Below are positions 29,146-32,453 of a DNA stretch of 32,453 bases, one piece after another. The position numbers and the translations under genes are program-made. This stretch comes from an uncultured Methanosarcinaceae archaeon. Lineage in GTDB: Archaea; Halobacteriota; Methanosarcinia; Methanosarcinales; Methanosarcinaceae. Where the stretch lies: the NCBI GenBank assembly GCA_963721455.1, contig CAVRJG010000063.1, positions 1 through 32,453 of the forward strand, written 5' to 3'. The notes beneath the pieces were generated by a model. The model made no database searches and had not been told where the DNA came from. It worked only from the letters and a program-made list of their open reading frames with translations. Positions within the stretch are counted from its first letter, which is position 1. Each line of letters starts with the position of its first letter.

Positions 29146-29751
29146 TTGAAATTGGTTTCGTCCACAGTTATCCTTGTTTTTTGTCTGGTGGCATTCGCAG
29201 CTATTCACAGTCTTATGGCAAGCCTGCCCTTTAAACGTTTCATCATGCGGGTCTTGGGTTCCAGGGCAGAAATATTGTATATGCCAGTATTCAGCCTCAT
29301 CTCATTGCTAACGATATTGCCACTCGTCTATCTGCTCTACAAAAATCCAGGGCCGTTTCTCTACATAATACCTTCTCCCTGGCGCTGGCTGATGGTCGGT
29401 GGACAGTTGATTGCTGCAATCATTGCCCCCAGAGCAATGCTTGACGCACCCCATAGATTCAAGATACGCTCACAGCTATCTGTACCAAAGACTTCTGAAG
29501 CAGGTTCCCTGAATATCCGGGGCGTTTACCGATGGGTAAGGGACCCCTTCCTGCTCACAGGACTGATCATAATCTGGCTCACTCCCTTTATGACCGTCAA
29601 TCTGCTTGTCATATACATTTTGACCACTATATACCTGTATCTGGGGTCCCTGCACTGGGAAAGAAGGCTGGTGGCACAGTTTGGTGACGAATACCGGGAG
29701 TACCAAAAACGGGTTCACAGGATAATTCCCCAATTAGGAGAACATTATTAA
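29146..29751 (+). CDS. ICMT/nurim/MddA-like membrane methyltransferase
   Basis: HSLMA, GVYRWVRDP, WLTPFMT, WERRLVAQFGDEYREYQKRV; GGAG before TTG. Confidence 0.85.
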   Translation: MKLVSSTVILVFCLVAFAAIHSLMASLPFKRFIMRVLGSRAEILYMPVFSLISLLTILPLVYLLYKNPGPFLYIIPSPWRWLMVGGQLIAAIIAPRAMLDAPHRFKIRSQLSVPKTSEAGSLNIRGVYRWVRDPFLLTGLIIIWLTPFMTVNLLVIYILTTIYLYLGSLHWERRLVAQFGDEYREYQKRVHRIIPQLGEHY

Positions 29752-30043
29752 ATAATTTTAATTGACCTCCTGATTTATACACCAACAACTTGTCTCTTCA
29801 GTTCAGGCAATACTTCGCTCAGCCTTTTCCTACAACATCTATAGAACGTTCAGTTCTTTGTTTTTCCTGTCAGGTATGGCTTAATTCTCTAACTTTTAAG
29901 AGTAAAATAGCCCCCAGGTAGTCTGTTTATCACCATAACCCACCGCCTGGTTCATCACGCTAGAAAACTAGTTGGCTGCTTTCTTTCCCCCAGGCCCCCT
30001 TAACCTCAGGTTGTAATCGGTTTTCGAATATCTGTTTATTATT

Positions 30044-30329
30044 TTAACTTCTTCTTTTCATGGGTTGTCTTATAATAGTTTTAAGTTTTTCCGGTTTTGT
30101 TCTGCGCATATCACTTATGTATATTTCATGGTGTTTCTCACCAGTCATGCTGCCATCAAATTCATAGCCGTTCTCTTCAATGAAATTATGTAGTTTCTCT
30201 ATCGTCGGGCCTTCCTCAGAGTATGGGCCAATATGCATTATCTGGGCTGATACTCCTTCATGCAGGCTTTCAAACCTTATCCTGGAGAGTGCAGGTGGAT
30301 TTTTCTTTTTTTAAGTCTATCTTTGGCAT
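30044..30329 (-). pseudogene. GyrI-like effector-binding protein, internally deleted and frameshifted
   Basis: GGAGG then MPKIDLKKE joined out of frame to NPPALSRIRFE..MHIGPYSEE..HHEIY..KTIIRQP. Confidence 0.85.
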
Positions 30330-30748
30330 TTTACACCACCCTCCTATTTTTAAAGGTATATAATTTTTCTTATAGTCATTACAGAAAATATTTACGCTTT
30401 ATATATGGTCCTATTCCAGGAATAGTGTCCAAAAGTGCACTTAATTGATCCGTCGACTATAATAAAAAACATCCTGTGCAAACCTCATAAACTCCGGGCT
30501 GACATCTGGACCTTCACAGTCCCTCTCAAATTCGATTATTTAGAAACCTTTAAAGTTCAAAAAAGCATATACCTAATTGCTGTTTCAGGCGCAATTCCTG
30601 GAAAATGAGGATTGAAAGGTGTCCTGGGCTGAATTCAGGAAGATATGTCTGCATTTTTATAACTGTCATTACTATTGTGATCATCTAATATCTAAAGTCC
30701 GGTGTGACAAAGTGGGTTGCACGCTTATCGTACAAAGGAGTTAGAACC

Positions 30749-31042
30749 ATGCGTGACGCGAAACTGATCAATGTACTTGCAGAATATCTCGCTAAATGCA
30801 CAGAACTACATGCAAGGAACGAACCAATACCACCAGAGAGCCTGGAAGGCTTTATGATTGATATTGTAAGCTGTCTGGATGTAGGTGGTATCGGTGATGT
30901 CGGCAAAGAGTTAATCCCGCTCAAGAAGGCACGCGCGATTATCAGGCTTGCAAGGCGTGAATTTGAGTGGCAGTGTGACAACGTAGATCATCCGGAAGAC
31001 TGGGAAACCTGCCTGCGGAACGCGGTCTCCGGGAATGTATAA
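30749..31042 (+). CDS. Hypothetical protein
   Basis: AAGGAG before ATG 30749; 97-aa ORF; no family recognised. Confidence 0.65.
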   Translation: MRDAKLINVLAEYLAKCTELHARNEPIPPESLEGFMIDIVSCLDVGGIGDVGKELIPLKKARAIIRLARREFEWQCDNVDHPEDWETCLRNAVSGNV

Positions 31043-31547
31043 CACCGTTTTGAAAGCACTTCTGAATCTGTTTGAGAGTCGGTACGGAGTCAAATTTCGC
31101 AGGAGTTCGTGCGTTGGGATAGCACCTCCAGCATTAAAAACAATTTTAAAAATTTTTTATAACTTGAGCTTATCCCCGACTCAAAATTTGCTTCTTTAAA
31201 TCTCACCTTTCAAGTACCCAATCGAGTCCCTGAGAATGAAAGCAATCCTGAAACCTTTATTTTTCCTGCGTTTGAAATGCCCGCAGCTTCAGGAAAGCCT
31301 ATCTGGTTAACTTTTCTAAAGGATTCTATCAGACTGTTTCAGATGTACGGTAGGCAGTCGATGCTCTTTGAGCTTGGGCTCCGTTTGCCTGGCATGTTTT
31401 GAGTCCTTTCGCTCATTTTTGTGACTTCCCTTCGCATTCTTCACAGGCCCGGTACTCATGCCCTCGAACCTGGTAAATGTGGCAAGTTGTTATAGTAAAT
31501 TGCTGGTTTTCCACGTCTCAAGCATTACGGAATATAAGCGGAAAATA

Positions 31548-31955
31548 TTATTCTCCTCTAAGCTCGCTTGCTCTCTTCTCTGCCTCTTCTTCTGTCTGGA
31601 AGATTTCACCGGTGCCGGTACACTTTCGCAGGTTATGGTCACAGTGATATATCAAATACAGGGTTTCCGTCAGGCTGTCAGCGGGCACATAATTTATCTG
31701 GGTTTCCCCCCGATTTATACGAGTATATTTCTGCCCGTCTATTTCGATTTCTCCCACTCCTCTCGTCGCATCATATTCATAAAACAAATCATTATCCATC
31801 GCTGGCTGCCATTCCTCTACGAAATAATCCGGCTGGCCCTCGATGTAATTTGCTTCACAACGTGTAATGTCTGAGCCCTTCACATACTCAAACATGCTTT
31901 CATATACGTCTACCTGCTTTACCTTTCCGTAAAGCAAGATGTTTAGGTTTATCAC
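31548..31955 (-). CDS. Hypothetical acidic protein
   Basis: GGAG before GTG; plausible composition; HCxH..C motif. Confidence 0.65.
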   Translation of the reverse strand: MINLNILLYGKVKQVDVYESMFEYVKGSDITRCEANYIEGQPDYFVEEWQPAMDNDLFYEYDATRGVGEIEIDGQKYTRINRGETQINYVPADSLTETLYLIYHCDHNLRKCTGTGEIFQTEEEAEKRASELRGE

Positions 31956-32453
31956 TTTCTTTTCATCTCCTTTTCATCTCCTTGTCTAAATCTCTCTCAC
32001 TTTTTATATAGGTTAAAGTATGATTACTTCCCTGTCGCAAAGTAGAAAGAAAATGATCAGTAAGGCTTTAGAAACACAGAGTCTATGAACTTGTTTTCTT
32101 CTTCTCCTTCAAAATATACTGCATTTCTATAATCAATAAAGTTCCTGGCCATGAAAGCAATCCTGAAAAACTTTAATGGTTAAGAATAAAATAGCTTTCG
32201 AGATAAGCTCAATAAAACGTTGAGAAATTAGGTCGTAGGAAAATTAGGTCGTAGGAGTCAGTTTCCGTAAAATCGCAAGGATAAGGAAGGCTCTCGAATC
32301 TGGTCAAACAAGATGAGTATGCACGTCTGTCAAGTTTGATCAATGACCCCCACTAATCTTTAGCCTTGACCTTTTTTATTGGCTTTTTCAATTTAATGTG
32401 TTCATTTTTTTCGGAGACTATCAGGACTTATGCTGTTTAACTGAGAAGCCAGC

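Noticed and set aside
20000-32453. Integron-like cassette array
   Set aside because: No integrase, no recurring attC-type sites, mixed gene orientation; palindromes are explained by MITEs

Overview
AT-rich archaeal DNA, very likely Methanosarcina (inferred from a DUF1699 gene, Methanosarcina-style signal peptide and IS/MITE content). About half of the window is insertion-sequence debris. Bases 1-7560 are a nested pile-up of five IS types: IS256, two IS630 types, ISAzo13 and a Mutator-like element with GAG...CTC ends and 8-bp TSDs. The Mutator-like element is also inserted in reverse into another copy of itself at 12451-15651. Accessory genes between the IS: a stress-type cluster (DUF1328, Met/N-x-T repeat secreted protein, CsbD, DUF2582-like wHTH, YihY, AI-2E), a HAD hydrolase, a Zn-ribbon membrane protein, an orphan Wzx flippase between inverted MITEs, and a frameshifted secreted Cys/His-rich peptide. 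Further right are DUF1699, a SpoIIAA-like protein, a SAM methyltransferase, a truncated STAND ATPase, a minimal trypsin-like protease, an ICMT/MddA-like protein and a GyrI-like pseudogene. No rRNA, tRNA or CRISPR array was seen. Best leads: the self-nested mosaic Mutator-like IS, the A-AAA-AAG-split Cys/His peptide, a twice-present ~90-nt structured element, and the Met/sequon repeat protein. Two indel-rich patches (5508-6292, 26915-27212) may be assembly errors. All family calls come from motif recognition, not database searches.
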